Below, one piece after another: positions 10,114 through 24,986 of a stretch of 64,000 nucleotides of DNA. The notes under the pieces are model-generated. The model was given only the letters and a program-made list of their open reading frames with translations, made no database searches and had not been told where the DNA came from. Made by a program: the position numbers and the translations under genes. Source of the stretch: Hormiphora californensis (taxonomy: Eukaryota; Animalia; Ctenophora); assembly GCA_020137815.1 (NCBI GenBank), contig CM035353.1, positions 4,774,001 to 4,838,000 on the forward strand, written 5' to 3'. Positions within the stretch are counted from its first letter, which is position 1, and every line of letters begins with the position of its first letter.

Positions 10114-10685
10114 TTTATATATTCGTTTGACAAATATTGATTCAATACCCTTCTAAGGATACCATGGAGGTAGTCGTTGTGCTAAAAATCAAGTCTGTAG
10201 TTGTCCAGGATCAAGACTCCGGTGCCGAGGGATTTGCTACCAGTACAGCACCCGGACCCACCTCCGCTGGCAGTAGAAAGAAACCGTCATTGAAACTGAG
10301 GTAAGTTTTCAATGAAAAATCAAGACTGACAGAAGGTACTTAGCCACAGTATATTAGTGGCGTAGACACAATAATAATAAGATCAATTAATTCACATCTG
10401 TTTAAGGAGATATATTTGGGAGAGATAAGACTGCATCACGAGAGATGAGCGATATCTTGGAATCATATCAACCCCTCTCTGTCCTGACCCCACCTGAACT
10501 GCTAGAGTTGGATATGTGTTCGATTCACCGACTATTTGCAACCCGTGGAGCAGACGAGTTGATTCAAATGACAATGTGGTGTATAACAGTCGAATACAAA
10601 CTATAACCGACGAATGATAATATATCCTTTGCTTCACACCTGAAGTGAGAAAGAAAGCGAGAAAGGAAAAACTATAACCTAGGTT

Positions 10686-12457
10686 ATAGATGTGTGTCTG
10701 TCAACTATCCCTGTCTGACTTTATCGCCCTCCTCCTCCGGGGTATTATATCCTGGCAGCAGGATTGTAACGGTCTTGTTGTCAGGGTATTAATACTCTGG
10801 CGGGGGTGGGTGGATGCTACCCCATGCGATGTCACACGATCAGCTACTAATCTTGAGTTTGTTTAAGAATTTATATTTATTCACTAAATTAATTATTAAT
10901 TGTTTACTAAAATAATTATTAACATCTAACTTTTTTGCAGAAAATTTTGAGGACCCCAACTCTGGGGAATGGCATGAGGTATTGCTCCTCCTTCCCCTAA
11001 CCCTCAGCCCCCCGCTCGAAGAAGAAGAGGAAGATAGCTTTTTTTACAAAAAATTTAAAACAGAGAAAATAAAATATATATAGTTATTCATTCGTTCCTC
11101 CAATGTCCATACGGTCGGGTGGTCACTCCGACAATGGCCGTTATGGAGGCAGAGAACCAGCAGGCTCAATTCGAGCTCCAACTAGATCCTATAGTCCTTA
11201 AAGACATCGAAGTCGTCCTAAAACCACTGGCGCTGAAAGTGTTTTTGCGTCAGTATTTTTGTCATCACATATACCCGACATGAGTAGGTTCCGATGTAAA
11301 AGGAAATCAGACGTTCACTAAATTAATTATTAATTGTTTACTAAACTAATTATTAACATCTAACTTCATTGAAGATATTAGAATGCACGGAGTCCGGTGA
11401 CATACCATAACGGAGCATGAGCGTAGAAGAAAGTACCAGAGGCCCTCCAACCACTTCCCCTCCCAGGACCCCCACAAGCAGGAGGAACCAGGAAGTCCAG
11501 AAGGAATGGTATGAAGAGGCAATGAATCTCTAGATTGCTCCTCCTTCCCCTAACCCTTAGCCCTCCGCTCTTCAAGATAGCCCAGAGGAGAAGCAGCGGT
11601 TGCTGAAGACAACGCTGTGGACCGGGGTTACGGATTGCAAAATCGCCATGGAGATTGCAGAGGTGCTGGAGTCGGACTTTGCCCGGATAGATGTGTGTCT
11701 GTCAACTATCACTGTCTGACTTTATCGCCCTCCTCCTCCGGGGTATATCCTGGCAGCTTGTAACGGTCTTGTTATCAGGGTATTAATACTCTGGTGGGGG
11801 TGGCCGGTGGGTGGATGCTACCCCGTGCGATGTCACCCGATCAGCTAAAGAAGTTACACCCTTAGCTACGTATGTACTAATCTTGAGTTTGTTTAAGAAT
11901 TTATATTTATTCACTAAATTAATTATTAATTGTTTACTAAATAATTATTAACATCTAACTTCTTTGCAGATTTTGGAGGATCCCAACTCTGGGGAATGGC
12001 ATGATGAGGTATTGCTCTTCCTTCCCCTAACCCTCAGCCCCCCGCTCGAAGAAGAAGAGGAAGATAGCTTTTTTTACAAAAAATTTAAAACAGAGAAAAT
12101 AAAATATATATAATTATTCATTCGTTCCTCCAATGTCCATACGGTCGGGTGGTCACTCCGACAATGGCCGTTATGGAGGCAGAGAACCAGCAGGCTCAAT
12201 TCGAGCTCCAACTAGATCCTATAGTCCTTAAAGACATCGAAGTCGTCCTAAAACCACAACGTTACGTCGCTGCTGGCGCTGAAAGTGTTTTTGCGTCAGT
12301 ATTTTTGTCATCACATATACACGACATGAGTACGTTCCGATGTAAAAGGAAATCAGACGTTCACTAAATTAATTATTAATTGTTTACTAAACTAATTATT
12401 ATCATGTAACTTCATTGCAGATATTGGAAATTGGAATGCACGGAGTCCGGTGACATA
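10686..12457 (+). repeat. Tandem duplication of a ~720-770 bp module (10686-11404 / 11687-12457)
   Basis: Near-identical blocks, including atggaggcagagaaccagcaggctcaattcgagctcc and AT-rich introns. Confidence 0.9.
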
Positions 12458-12464
12458 TAAAACA

Positions 12465-12844
12465 AGGAGTGTCATGTTGTTGTTCGCAAAGTGAAGAAGG
12501 GAATCCGTCCCAATGTTATCCTGGTAAGTTTATTCGGGTGGAGAATCCACGTAACATATGTGATACCTCGCCTTTTCTCTCCCTTCTATTGTGTAATCCA
12601 GTGTGTTATCTTAGTGAAGCCCATTTCTGGGTTCTCTACTACTGACGACGATGATGATGACGAATCGGTAATTGTATTGCCGGAGGAAGAGGAGGAAGAG
12701 GAGGAAGCTACCCAGGATCTATTCGGTGGAGGAAAGAGAAGTAAGATTTTCACTATATCTATTATGTATGTACATAGTTATTCATTTGTTTCATAATAGA
12801 AACTACCGACGAATGATAATATCATTTGCTTCACACCTGTTTAA

Positions 12845-12907
<63 letters not shown>

Positions 12908-13556
12908 CTCCAACTCCCCAAATACTAGCACATGGTATATATAGGATCGGCCGACAATCTCTTGAAAGTTATTCGAAATCAAAAGCATTTCCAAGAATCA
13001 AGCAAAGGAATAAGTTGTGTAAAGTACAACTGGATAATTTCTTGGACGGTCCATTGCTTCAGTGATAAGACGTGGAAATGTTTCTGGAATCCACTCGGAT
13101 TGCAGTCTTTATCTTTGTTTTAACGAAGATATCAAGATACCTATCCACAAGGAGTGTCATGTACTGTTGTTCGCAAAGTGAAGAAGGGAATCCGTCCCAA
13201 CGTGATACTCGTAAGTTTATTCGGGTGGAGAATCCACGTAACATATGTGATACCTCGCCTTTTCTCTCCCTTTTATTGTATAATCCTCCCCTACAGTGTG
13301 TTATCTTATTCAAGCCTATCCCGGGCTACGAATCTACCGACGGCGATGATGATGACGCGGACGAATCGGTAATTGTATTGCCGGAGGAAGAGGAGGAAGC
13401 TACCGAGGAAGCTACCCAGGATCTATTCGGTGGAGGAAAGAGAAGTAAGATGTTCACTATATCTATCATGTATGTACATAGCTATTCATTTGTTTCATAA
13501 TAGAAACTACCGACGAATGATAATATCATTTGCTTCACACCTGTTTAAGGATATAT
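12465..13556 (+). repeat. Tandem duplication (12465-12850 / 13147-13556) of an acidic-exon module, with (TA)n at 12848-12904
   Basis: Both copies encode ..DDDDESVIVLPEEEEE..ATQDLFGGGKR followed by gtaaga. Confidence 0.9.
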
Positions 13557-14069
13557 AAGCGAGAAAGAAAGAAAAAGACTGTAACCTAAGATGTGTATCT
13601 GTCAACTATCACTGTCCGACTTATTCGCCCTCCTCCTCCGGGTACACACAACTATAAACGAGGCGCTAGAGGCAATGCGAAAAAGGGAAAGAAGGGCGAA
13701 AGAAGATGGGGAGACGCCAGGGACAAAGAGTTGGAGGAGCATATCCTGGTAGCAGGATTGTAACGCCAAATTAATTATTAAGTGTTCACTAAACTAATTA
13801 TTAATATCTAACTTCATATCCTCGAGTCTGCAATCGAAAATGTCTAGTCACCAAGTACCATGACATATTATGTAATAATTAAATAATCAATCTATCTACC
13901 TGTTTGTATATGAATAAAATTGCTAATGGTTGCCATTAAAACTGATAACCAGGACGGAAAAATTACAATTGAAGCTATATTCAGCTGAGCGATTTGTTTT
14001 CCAGTTGATTAACCTCTCACTTCGATATATCAGTTCACACAACAGCAGATGTGATCCGGACAACCGAGC

Positions 14070-14403
14070 ATGGAATGGCACATTGTTTGTGGCAAAAAGT
14101 TTAACACAATAAGCCCATGGAACAGACAGAGGGGACATATTATAAGAAAGGAGTTGACCTGATGTAATGTCACTGCGGCAAAACATTGGCCAACAGTTAC
14201 AACTTAATTCTGCTGATCTGCCAAATGACGACAACAGAACCGAATACCTGGGAGAAAGTGAAGCAATCCCAGTGATAAAGAGAACATAATAAGGATAGCT
14301 CTGAAACAAGATACATGACCCAAAAAGTGCTATTGCGGAGATAGTAAACCTCTTTGGAAACACTGTTTATGGGCACTGTATCATGAGATATTGGTTGATC
14401 TAG
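14070..14403 (+). pseudogene. Degenerate C2H2-like fingers and protein-primed DNA PolB motif-B remnant
   Basis: 14311-14400 reads IHDPKSAIAEIVNLFGNTVYGHCIMR, resembling AETxKLxxNSxYGYQIM of Polinton-type PolB2 with the catalytic K lost. Upstream CGKKFNT.. and CHCGKTLANSYNL zinc-finger remnants lie in other frames. Confidence 0.5.
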
Positions 14404-16266
14404 AGCAATGTAGCTGGTAAACCTCCAACGGCGACAAAGGGGATGCAGATGTAACTGGAAGAGGAAGAGAAAAGACTACTGCTGCAGAACGTTTTTTGTG
14501 ATGAACTCTTATCTTTATTGCGGGGGAGGAACAGGGAAGGTCATAACAATTACAGATTACAATGCACGAAGAGTAAAAAAGAAATATATTATTCTGGATA
14601 GAAGATGCACACCTTCTATCGTGCAGGATAGCGATGAAGAAGTGACATCTTTAGAATGCCTGACAAAATCCTTGAACCCACACTTCATAAAATCGTCACT
14701 AAGTTTCAGACACAATTATGTGTGAGAGTAACAGTGAAACGCATAGTTTAATATAGGCAAACGAGAAATTAAGAGTATAGTTAGCAAACATGTAAGATGC
14801 AGCATATGCAGCAGATTGGGTTCCAATCCATGCTGATAGAAAGGATTCGGAATATAGCGGGAGATGAACCTTCAGTTTTCACCTATGGACAAATTACAAA
14901 TAACAGAACAAAGGATTTTTTAGAGCGTATATTGCCAAACAAAAATATTATTGATTTGGTAGGGTGTGTAAATGATCTTAGCGGTTATTCTGATTATGAC
15001 CATCCGCAATTTAGTTTTACAGCGTTGGTCTTTACCCAGATTGCCGCTACACAGTTTTGTTGAACCTATATACCTACCGAGAAATGATACTTGGAGATAT
15101 TGCACAGCCAGACTTCATGCGACTCTTCATGAGTTGTATAGTGCTTCTTGGTGTTCTAATATTGGAACAGACAACACTTTGAGAAGGTATATAATAAAGG
15201 TATATTGTATAATATTGTTTGATTGAGGTTTATGCGAGGCTACGGAACGAGGCTACGAGGTACAGAAGCATGAAAGGAAGACCCACAGAGAGCGGGGAGA
15301 GGGTCACCATATATAACATTCCCCCGAAACATTTGCGATATAATGACATGGGATGAGACGCAGGTATATGAATTAATATGTTGAGTTATGGTTTTAGAGC
15401 GGAGATCATTTTACAGTGGAACAGATCCCAGAACGTAATGTGCGACGACAGGTACTTGATCCGCTACAACAGCAAATCGAATCCGGCATACAAGGTATAT
15501 ATATGCAGGTATATGAATTAATATGTTGAGTTATGGTTTTAGAGCGGAGATCATTTTACAGTGGAACAGATCCCAGAACGTAATGTTCCCTGAGATCGCG
15601 GAGTTCCCTGACCTGCCTGAGGTCCCAGAGTCAGATGGAGAAGCCCTCACGATTGCTGGAAAATACTGGACCTACACAACAGAACTCCCTCACGTCCCTA
15701 TCGAACAATCAAATGAAACGGACAGTGTGTGTCGCCCCCCCCCCCCCCGGATATTCTCAAGCCCCCGGTGGTGTGTGCGTGAGAGGTGGTGCTAGGTGTA
15801 TCGGACAATAAAATGAATGTGTTGGAGATTTTTTAAATTTTAATTTCACACCTCTCAAATACACGTGCTCGCCATCGCGTTGGAAACGGTACGGAATTGG
15901 GACTAGCTTTGGCTTGTGTGAAGACGGTAGGACGGGGCTAAGGGGTCAGGCGATGTGAGAGGGCCAGAGCCCAGTTTGGTCCGTGTGGTTGATGGTCACC
16001 CGCGTCACTGCTCAGGGACTGCCAGGGACAGTGTGTGAATGAGAGTGTACCATGCCTTTAGAGATTCTTCATCCTTAGCTTCTGACTGTATATTCACATT
16101 TCGTGTTTCAAGTAAAAAATACCAAACAATATTATTTCATTCATCAAATAAGAATACATATACATTTATTCACAACTTAAATAAGCCCATGTTCTAATAC
16201 TATAGGAAGAAAATGATAATGTTTCGATATCGAACAATAGCGTGAAACATGCGCCTCAGGGCATTT

Positions 16267-19035
16267 GTCCTCTATAATCTTTGGGATGGACAAATTAGGG
16301 TTTTCACATAAGATATCGGTCACATTCTTCGATATGGTCTTTAAAAATCGGCATGCAGATGAACCTAGCGTTATGAATTCATCATTCTTATGTAAACTCA
16401 TAATTGGATAAGACGAGTAATTACACCAGGCACGTTCTTGGGGGGGGGGGGGGGGGGGGGGCTCGGGATAGAGCCAATTAGAGATGCAATACCTTACGAT
16501 GTATTTTTGAACCAAGAATGAACGGGAAGAGAGAAAACTATACATTTTAGTATGGCACCGACAGCAAAAAATATACACAATATCAACATATTGCAAATAA
16601 AAAGAATTTTTGGGTGAGCATCCAGCATTTATCGCCAAAAGAGCAGGAGATTAAGGTATGTTTCTATTGTTTTAAAATTTATTAAAAAAAGCGGGGAGCT
16701 GAGGGTCACTCTATATAATATTCCCCCGAAACATTTGCAATTAATGACATGGGATGAGACGCAGGTAAATGAATTAATTTATTCATTAGTTGATTGGTGG
16801 TAATGAGAGAAATGGAGATCTTTAAAAATACTTATAATATTTCAGATGCCCAACCTGAAGGCAGCTCTGCAGGAAATCGAGTGGAGGAAGGAATAAACAC
16901 CGATCAACATGATCATGAGACAGCACGGGGAGCTGGTGAAAAGCAAGAAATCTATTCCTTTGTATAACAAGAGGTATAAACTAACTTACATCACTCAACC
17001 ACACAGACATACATGTATAGTTATATGATTTATGTTACTAATCTCAGTACCTGTTTTCACCAATACCTGACGAGCGAAATAGAGGAATTGATGTGGTTAT
17101 CTATCTTATTAATCAACCAGACCCTCCGGTATACAAGGTCCCTAGGATTACTCGCCCAGATCCTCCTGTCCCAGATCCGCCGGTGCAAGATTGACATTAA
17201 TAATGATCCACAATCTCCTGTGGTGGGACCATTCTTTCGGTTATATCGCCTCCCAGCTGTTATTCATTGACTTCAGGACGGACGGAAGAGACACTGGTAT
17301 CTCTGGGAACACCTTTGAGGGCTGGTCCAGATCCATCCACTATCAAGAGGTTGAGAGACGCCATAATTGAGCGCGATTCCCTAGTGATCAATGAGGGGAT
17401 GGCATAATTGCTCTATGGCAGCGAACAAGACACCAACATCACCAGTCAGACGATGTCAGAGTTGATGTATACCAATCATCTCAAGCGGAGGAATTGTTCG
17501 GTAGGATGCTGTAAAGAGTTTTCTTTAAATGCTATTTTCTTTTTTACATCAACATTTCAATTATTGTTATAATTATTAAACTCGCCGAGAAAAGGTACGT
17601 ATTTTTATCTAAATCCTAAAACCGCCCAATATTCCATTGTATTTTCCAATTAAAATATTTTTTTTTTATAATTCATTCCTGCAGAGCACCTGTTTGTGGA
17701 CCGTATCGAACTCGCTTCAAGAATCAGACGCTACAAGTAATCCTGATTTATAAATTTAAACTATTAAATTTCAATAACTATAAATATTTTTCTCTATCTA
17801 AAGAGTACCCCTGATTCTGCTTTTATCCCAAAAGCTGGAGACAGAGTTGTCATGGAGTGTATCTAACGAAAACATTCAAAGCAGTCCGGAATGTACAGCT
17901 TGCAGCTGTATAACACATTGCCAAAGATTCATGAGAGACGGAGACGACTCGAGACGGAGACAAGTGATGCCTTTACTGGGCTCAATCTGATCTACCATGT
18001 TGATGTGATAAGTTGCCTGGACGGACTTTTAGTCTCCTTTGAGAGAGGGAAGGATGTAGATGGACACTATTGACAATATTATGTTTAAAAATCCAGGACT
18101 TTTCTTATTTTTAGTTTAGTATCAGGAACCGACCGAACCAAGAAACTCTAGTCCCTGATTGGCTGATCACCAGTCACGTGACTTAAACAACAAGTTCTGA
18201 TCGGTTATATGATTCGGTCGGTTGCTGTTTAGTATTTTATCTCTATCTCTGAGCTCTACGATCCCGGAGCTCTCGGTGCACAGGTGTCCGACAAGGTCGA
18301 GTGATTCGGTCATGCACCCATCCACCGGGAGCTTTGATGTGGAACGATAAATAGTTTTAAGATGAGTGCCGGGTGCACTGGACTGTTGAAATATCGATTA
18401 GAGTAGTCACGTGAGTCCCGGATGCACTGGAATAGTGATATAATGAATGGAGTGCGTTCCGGGGCCCTGGATTTTTATCTAATTGAAGTGCCACCTGGCC
18501 ACACTGAGCTCTGTATGATTTATGCCTGTATAAAAACAAGATTTATTTCTCCGTTGATGGACTTCCCTCAACGAGCAACCAGAAAACGAGTCTCTAGTCT
18601 ACCAACAAGTACTCCACTAGTACGAGCAGCCAGATACGTTACACAAGTGCATTTGTCCTGAACCAAACAAGAGAATAAATTGGATGTAATTTCTGCAATG
18701 TACAGTAAAGAACAGAACCCTGATAGTAGTATAGTAATTCTTGTGGTTATCCATCTTATTAATCAATGTGCAGCTATCATGTATATAATATATTTCATGA
18801 TTATATTTGATTTATATTTAATAGTAAACCCTCCCTTCCGCTCCTGATAAGAGGATTATGATTATGTTATTCCACCAAGAATGAACGGGAAGAGAGAAAA
18901 CTATACATTTTAGTATGGCACCGACAGCAAAAAATATACACAATAGCAACATATTGCAAATAAAACTGAACTTCTGGGTTAGCATCCAGCATTTATCGCC
19001 AAAAGAGCAGGAGATTAAGGTATGTTTCTATTGTT
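16267..19035. repeat. Modules duplicated at 22535-23810 and partly at 24863-25235
   Basis: 16267-16775 ~ 22535-22975; 17620-17910 ~ 23143-23463; 18642-19035 ~ 23464-23810. catccagcatttatcgccaaaagagcaggagattaagg occurs four times. Confidence 0.85.
18123..18227. mobile_element. hAT MITE, 8-bp TSD TTTAGTAT
   Basis: TIRs caggaaccgaccgaa / ttcggtcggttgctg; TSD at 18115-18122 and 18228-18235. Confidence 0.9.
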
Positions 19036-19377
19036 TTAAAATTCATAAAAAAAGCTCTCTTCTTCTTCGAGCGGGGGGGGGGGGGGGGGGGGGGGGCTAA
19101 GGGTTAGGGGAAGGAGGGGGGGGTACCAACCATTTTTGTGTACGGATGTACGGAAAAAGCAGGCAATATTTTTTTGTACAGTCCGTACAAAAAAATACAA
19201 AAAAGTTTACTGCTGTCGGGAACTTTTTTGGTGCCTTCTACAGGTCTCTAGAGGCGCTCGAGGTCCTTCTATTATTAGCCTCTAGAGTGTTTATTTAGTT
19301 TATTTTACCATTCCCCGTCCCCACGACTCCTAACTAGAACAAGTCTTACTAATGTGCAGAAATTCATAGCATTAGCG

Positions 19378-19587
19378 ATGCCTAAATACACGACATGCAA
19401 GCAATGGAAATGCAAAAAGTGCCGATTTACGAACAAGGGAACAAGCCTCACATGTGAGAGGTGTCGTGACAAGAAAGAGAATGGAATGTCACTCGATAGG
19501 CTGCCGGGGGACTGGCTTTGCAAAAGATGCCAGGTTTCTAACTTTGCTCGCAGAACAAGATGTTACGGATGTGGAGAATCCCGATAG
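19378..19587 (+). CDS. 69-aa protein made of two RanBP2-type zinc fingers
   Basis: WKCKKCRFTNKGTSLTCERC and GDWLCKRCQVSNFARRTRCYGC, both matching W-x-C-x2-C-x3-N-x6-C-x2-C; intact ATG to TAG. Confidence 0.8.
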   Translation: MPKYTTCKQWKCKKCRFTNKGTSLTCERCRDKKENGMSLDRLPGDWLCKRCQVSNFARRTRCYGCGESR

Positions 19588-19972
19588 GCTGAAAATTATT
19601 GGTTCATGCATAACTGATTTGGTATTTTTATTATTTCCTTGTCGTGTTTGATTGCCTGATCCTAACATTCTTATAGACCATTTTGACCGCCCCAATCCAT
19701 ACAAGATACATGTAACATGACTTTTCATGAGCATGATTTCGCTAATAAAACAAAAAACTTTAGACAAAAAATTGTAGCTTTCATAGAAATGAATTAACTT
19801 TATTGTTGTCATACAAATTGCTATATTAACTTAATTTGATACAAAAACTAATCAGTAATCGACTGCTTTTTTGACATACTGATACATATAATGCTTTTAA
19901 TCTCTTTCAATACCCCGGCCTATCTGTGATCCCTAACTTAACTCTCACTTTCTCTCTTCCAACTTTAGCCAC

Positions 19973-20374
19973 ATGCCTAAGTCAACTAGTAAGAATGGGA
20001 AATTGCCCCGGCGGCAACGGGCGACCTCGGTAATAGAGCGGCTTAAAACCAAGGCTCCCGTCCCCAGTTCAACCCGTCCAAAAGGACGGCCATCAATGCC
20101 TTTTCATGAAAAGGAAAAAAGAAAGGACGATAAATTTGAAGTCGCGGATAGGTTTGTTTCGGAGGTAAAGAGTGCCAATAGTTTAAGTGACATCACCACA
20201 GGGCAGTTGACTGAGATTATCAACTTACATAGGGTGGGGAAGCCGTTTTCCAAAGACTATGTCCGGGCGTGTGTGATGAAAAAAACAAGAGGAAGGAGGA
20301 GCAATCTCGAGAATGGGACCGCATTGGAACATGCCACACACATGAGGAATTATCCGGGGGCTGTGTTAAAGTAG
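19973..20374 (+). CDS. Basic, probably nuclear protein of unknown function; C-terminus likely chimeric
   Basis: Kozak-like gccacATG; Lys/Arg-rich with an AT-hook-like PKGRP; gagaatgggaccgcattg at ~20309 is shared with 22224 and marks a junction. Confidence 0.4.
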   Translation: MPKSTSKNGKLPRRQRATSVIERLKTKAPVPSSTRPKGRPSMPFHEKEKRKDDKFEVADRFVSEVKSANSLSDITTGQLTEIINLHRVGKPFSKDYVRACVMKKTRGRRSNLENGTALEHATHMRNYPGAVLK

Positions 20375-23300
20375 CAGGATATGTCGACGAAGAAATATAT
20401 AGACCTTGTTCCATGGTGCTGCAGGGGCCAAGGGATTACGTAGCAGAAAGAGGTGTAAATACAATTTTGATTAATTATCATATATCGCATAATATATGGC
20501 TAGTAGAGTAAGTTAGTAAGTAAAGGGGATCAAGAAGATGAAATTATATGGCCACAGAATAGGCTAAATATGACACTGGGGCAGCCAAATAAAACATACT
20601 CGGAATAAAGCATCATATCATTGGGCACTGACCAATAACATCCGGTGAACAGGGTTTGTATTATTGGTTGGCGACAATGTTGACTTTCTTTGGTTCTCAG
20701 CACTCTGTAAAAAGGACATTGAAATGCATCTGTACCACTGCGTGGGCAGGTATTGTGAATTATTATCTACATATAAAGTATTTACAATTGTGAGTACTAT
20801 TAACAATTATGAGTACTTGTAAGCCTCTCAATTTCGCAATTGTGCTGGAAATCCCGCCACGTAAAATATGTTATTGGGAATTACAGGGTGAAAGTGGTAT
20901 ACCCGGCTCCAAAACACCGTTGCGATTAATCCTGTTATGACTAAAAGTGCAATTTCTGAATCTGCCGTCTGTGATCCTCTTGATAATGAGAAACTTCCCT
21001 CGCAGTCACTGAGTTTGCCTACTCTACTACAAGGGATAGAATAGGGAGGGACCAGATAACACACGGTTTTGAGAAACGAAACTTGGTGGAATTTTACTAA
21101 GGTTTTCAGCCGGATTTCATGCGACTCTTAGAGAGTTATATAGTGCTTCTTGGTGTTCTAATATTGGACCATATTGGAACAGACAACACTTTGAGAAGGT
21201 ATATAATAAAGGTATATTGTATAATATTGTTTGATTGGGGTGTACGCGAGGCTACGGAACGAGGCTACGAGGTACAGAAGCATGAAAGAAAGACCCACGG
21301 CGTGCGGGGAGAGGGTCACCCTACTGACACATTGCAGTGTTTTCTTGGGATGTAGTTGAAGACGAAACATTGGTTGAGAAAGGAACCGAAAAGAGGCACC
21401 ATATTACATTAGTACGGCTTAGCCACAGTATATTAGTGACTTAGCCACAATAATAATAATATAACTTAATTCACACCTGTTTAAGGAGATATATTTGGGA
21501 GAGATAAGACTGCATCTCTATTAAAAGAGTTGGAATCAGCATTAGGGAGGGATAATTGGTTGATATACAGCCATTGAGCTGGTAAACCACCCGCACCCAG
21601 GAAAAGGCCCCCGCAACCCCCAGAATCCCTCGGACGAGCATGATAAACACCAACACAAGTAAGTCAAGACAGGAAGTTACCCTCTTCCTCCTCATGTGAA
21701 GCCCTCTCACTCCCCTGACAATACACCCCCTCCCTCCCTCCCTCCCCAACGGGCAACGAGGAGTCCATCAAAAACACCGGACAGGAATCAGCATAACACT
21801 GAGATTATGGAAACGGAGGGAACGGGCGATAAGAACAAGGAGGACCAGAGCAATTGAGGTCATTTGGAAAATCTACCTCTACGATCTACGATGCTCTAAA
21901 CTATCCTTTCCCGTGATTTAAAGCACCGGCAAAAGAAAGCGAGAAAGAAAAAACTGTAATCTATAACTGTAACCTATAACTGTAACCTGTAACTAGTATA
22001 GGTTATAGATGTGTATCTGCCAGCTATCACTTTTTCGCCCTCCTGGCAGCAGGATTGTAACGGTCTCTTAATTGAGACAGTCCTGTCCATATTGTTGACA
22101 TGGTTCACCAGCTACATGCATGCATGTAGCTGGTGAACCTCCAAAATAATAATAATGATACTGTGGAATATGTAGGTTTAGGGGAGACCCTATAATGATA
22201 TTTTATAGCGGTTTGATGAGATTGAGAATGGGACCGCATTGACCGCAATCAGAATCGAAACGTTTGAATTCGTAAGTGATAAAGAGTAGTTCGCGATCCG
22301 AGTGTTTCATGTATCCAGTGATTTTAATCTTGATTTATAAATTTAAATAATTGAATTTCAATGACTAAACATCATTCTCAATACAAATAAAAGTGTACCC
22401 CCCCCTTCTGCTTTCATCACAAATGTAGGAGACTATCAGGTGCTATCTGTCAATGTGCTGTGGGGCTGTCAGACAGGATACGGAATGAGACCCAGGCCTG
22501 GTTCCCCGGCGTGGAGGTTATTAAGTGTGGAAGTCCTCTATAATCTTTGGGATGGACAAATTAGGGATTTCACATAAGATATCGGTCACATTCTTCAATA
22601 TGGTCTTTAAAAATCGGCATGCAGATGGACCTAGCGTTATGAATTCATCATTCTTATGTAAACTCATAATTGGATAAGACGATTAATTACACCAAGCACG
22701 TTCTTGGGGGCTCGGGATAGAGCCAATTAGAGATGCAATACCTTACGATGTATCTTTGAACCAAGAATGAACGGGAAGAGAGAAAACTGTATATTTTAGT
22801 ATGGCACCGACAGCAAAAAAATATACACAATATCAACATATTGCAAATAAAAAGAATTTTTGGGTGAGCATCCAAAATTTATAAAAAAAGCGGGGAGAGG
22901 GTCACCCTATATAATACTCCCCCGAAACATTTGCAATTAATGACATGGGATGAGACGCAGGTATATGAATGAATTGATGGGTGGAAATCAGAGAAATGGA
23001 TGAAAAAAAATTTTTTTAAATTTAAGTTGCCCAACCTGAAGGCAGCTCTGTAGGAAATTGAGTGGAGGAAGAAGGAAACACCAATCGATATGTTAATGAG
23101 GCAGCATGAGGAGCTATAGCGAAAATTCCATTGTATTTTCCAACTAAAATAGTTTTTCAACAACTTTATAATTCATTCCTGCAGAGCACCTGTTTGTAGA
23201 CTGTATCGAACTCGCTTCAAGAATCAGACGCTACAATTGCAGAAGACAGATGAGCTTTTCCATGCTGACCACGGAGAGCAGTTTCAGTAAGTAATCTTGA

Positions 23301-24986
23301 CTTATAAATGTAAACAATTAAATTTCAATAACTATAAATATTTTTCTCTATCTAAAAAGTACCCCTGATTCTACTTTCATCCAAAAAGTTGGAGACAGAG
23401 TTGTCATGGAGTGCATCTAACGAAAACATTCAAAGCAGTCCGGAATGTACAGCTTGCAGCTGTACAAGTGCATTTGTCCTAAACCAAACAAACGAATCAA
23501 TGGTATGTAATTACTGCAATGTACAGTAAAGAACAGAACCTGATAGTAGTATATCATATATATAATATTTTCATAATTTCATTTTATTTATATTTAATAT
23601 TCAACCCTCCCTTCCGCTCCTTATAAGAGGATTATGATTGTTTTATTCCACCAAGAATAAACGGGAAAAGAGAAAACTATACATTTTAGTATGGTACCTA
23701 CAGCAAAAAATATACACAATATCAACATATTGCAAATAAAACTGAACTTCTGGGTTAGCATCCAGCATTTATCGCCAAAAGAGCAGGAGATTAAGGTATG
23801 TTCTATTTATTTATAATTCCAAATATTTGAGTTTGTTTGAAAACTCACATCATTTTTCTACCGCTTCAGAATAAGGAAAGAAATAACTGGATTCACATTC
23901 AACGACAAAATACGTGGAGAGAAAACCACCTGTCTCCGACTTACGACCCGGCTCACCCCACCTGTTAATGCGACGGGTGGGGGAGCGGGTAAATATGTAA
24001 AAATATAAATATAAATATTTAGGTATCAAAGTTTCCATTATTTTGTAATGCGGTGCCTTCTCAAAGGAGAGCCGGTGATGGTAACAGGGAAATTATAGGT
24101 CTCTAACTCCACGAGTTTTATTAATAATGCTAAGTACGCCTTCACAACTGATGAAGATTCCTGATTCACCGGTGGAAATGGAAGCTGGAGGACCGTTAGA
24201 GGGGAAATAAGGAGGTGGCGGTATAAACCAGGTGGAACAACCTGAGCGAGGAGGAAACGGGAAGTGTTCAACGTAGAAGAGTATTGCGATTAGTAGGGAC
24301 GAATCTTAATTTTTTGACACACTATTTGGTGAAGAGAAAATTTCAGTTGTAACGGGTAACCCAGCTATTTTGAACTTCTTTTGATAAGAAATTCATCCCT
24401 ACTAGTTAAGATGAAAAATATGAAACAAAAACATAACGCGGAGATGACGAGAATCCTAACAAAGTTAAATTTGGCGCTTGGGGAATTGGAGGGAATGAAG
24501 GTAAAGAATGAAGATCTGAAGCAAAAGTTAAGAGTTGAGGAGAGAGCCAGGGAACATCCAGTGACGGCGGACATGGGATTACTGAATATAATGCCAACTT
24601 TAGAAAGTACAATTTATACACAAACTATCTCAATTACAACAATATGTGGGGCAGGGAGTTTTGTACAGATTTTAGCATAATGTGAACACTGAATATAATT
24701 TCAGAAATGGGGTTTGTGGACGAATTTTGAAGTGCCCTGCTGAAAAAAAGAAGATCGCCCAAACTGCTCTGATTGACTGTGTGATATATCGAACAGTGTC
24801 TACTATGGGAGATGTGACTGGGACAATACCTGTGCGGGGAGGGAGACGGTAGTGTAGCTGTTGAAAAATATACACAATATCAACATATTGCAAATAAAAC
24901 TGAACTTCTGGGTTAGCATCCAGCATTTATCGCCAAAAGAGCAGGAGATTAAGGTATGTTCTATTTATAATTTATAATTCAACATA

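Noticed and set aside
12672-13065. ORFs with (IY)n
   Set aside because: (TA)n microsatellite translation.
14498-14725. GGGTGKV as Walker A of a packaging ATPase or helicase
   Set aside because: No S/T after K, wrong spacing, and no supporting downstream motifs.
14797-15063. ORF with faint resemblance to Polinton accessory proteins
   Set aside because: Too weak to call without a profile search.
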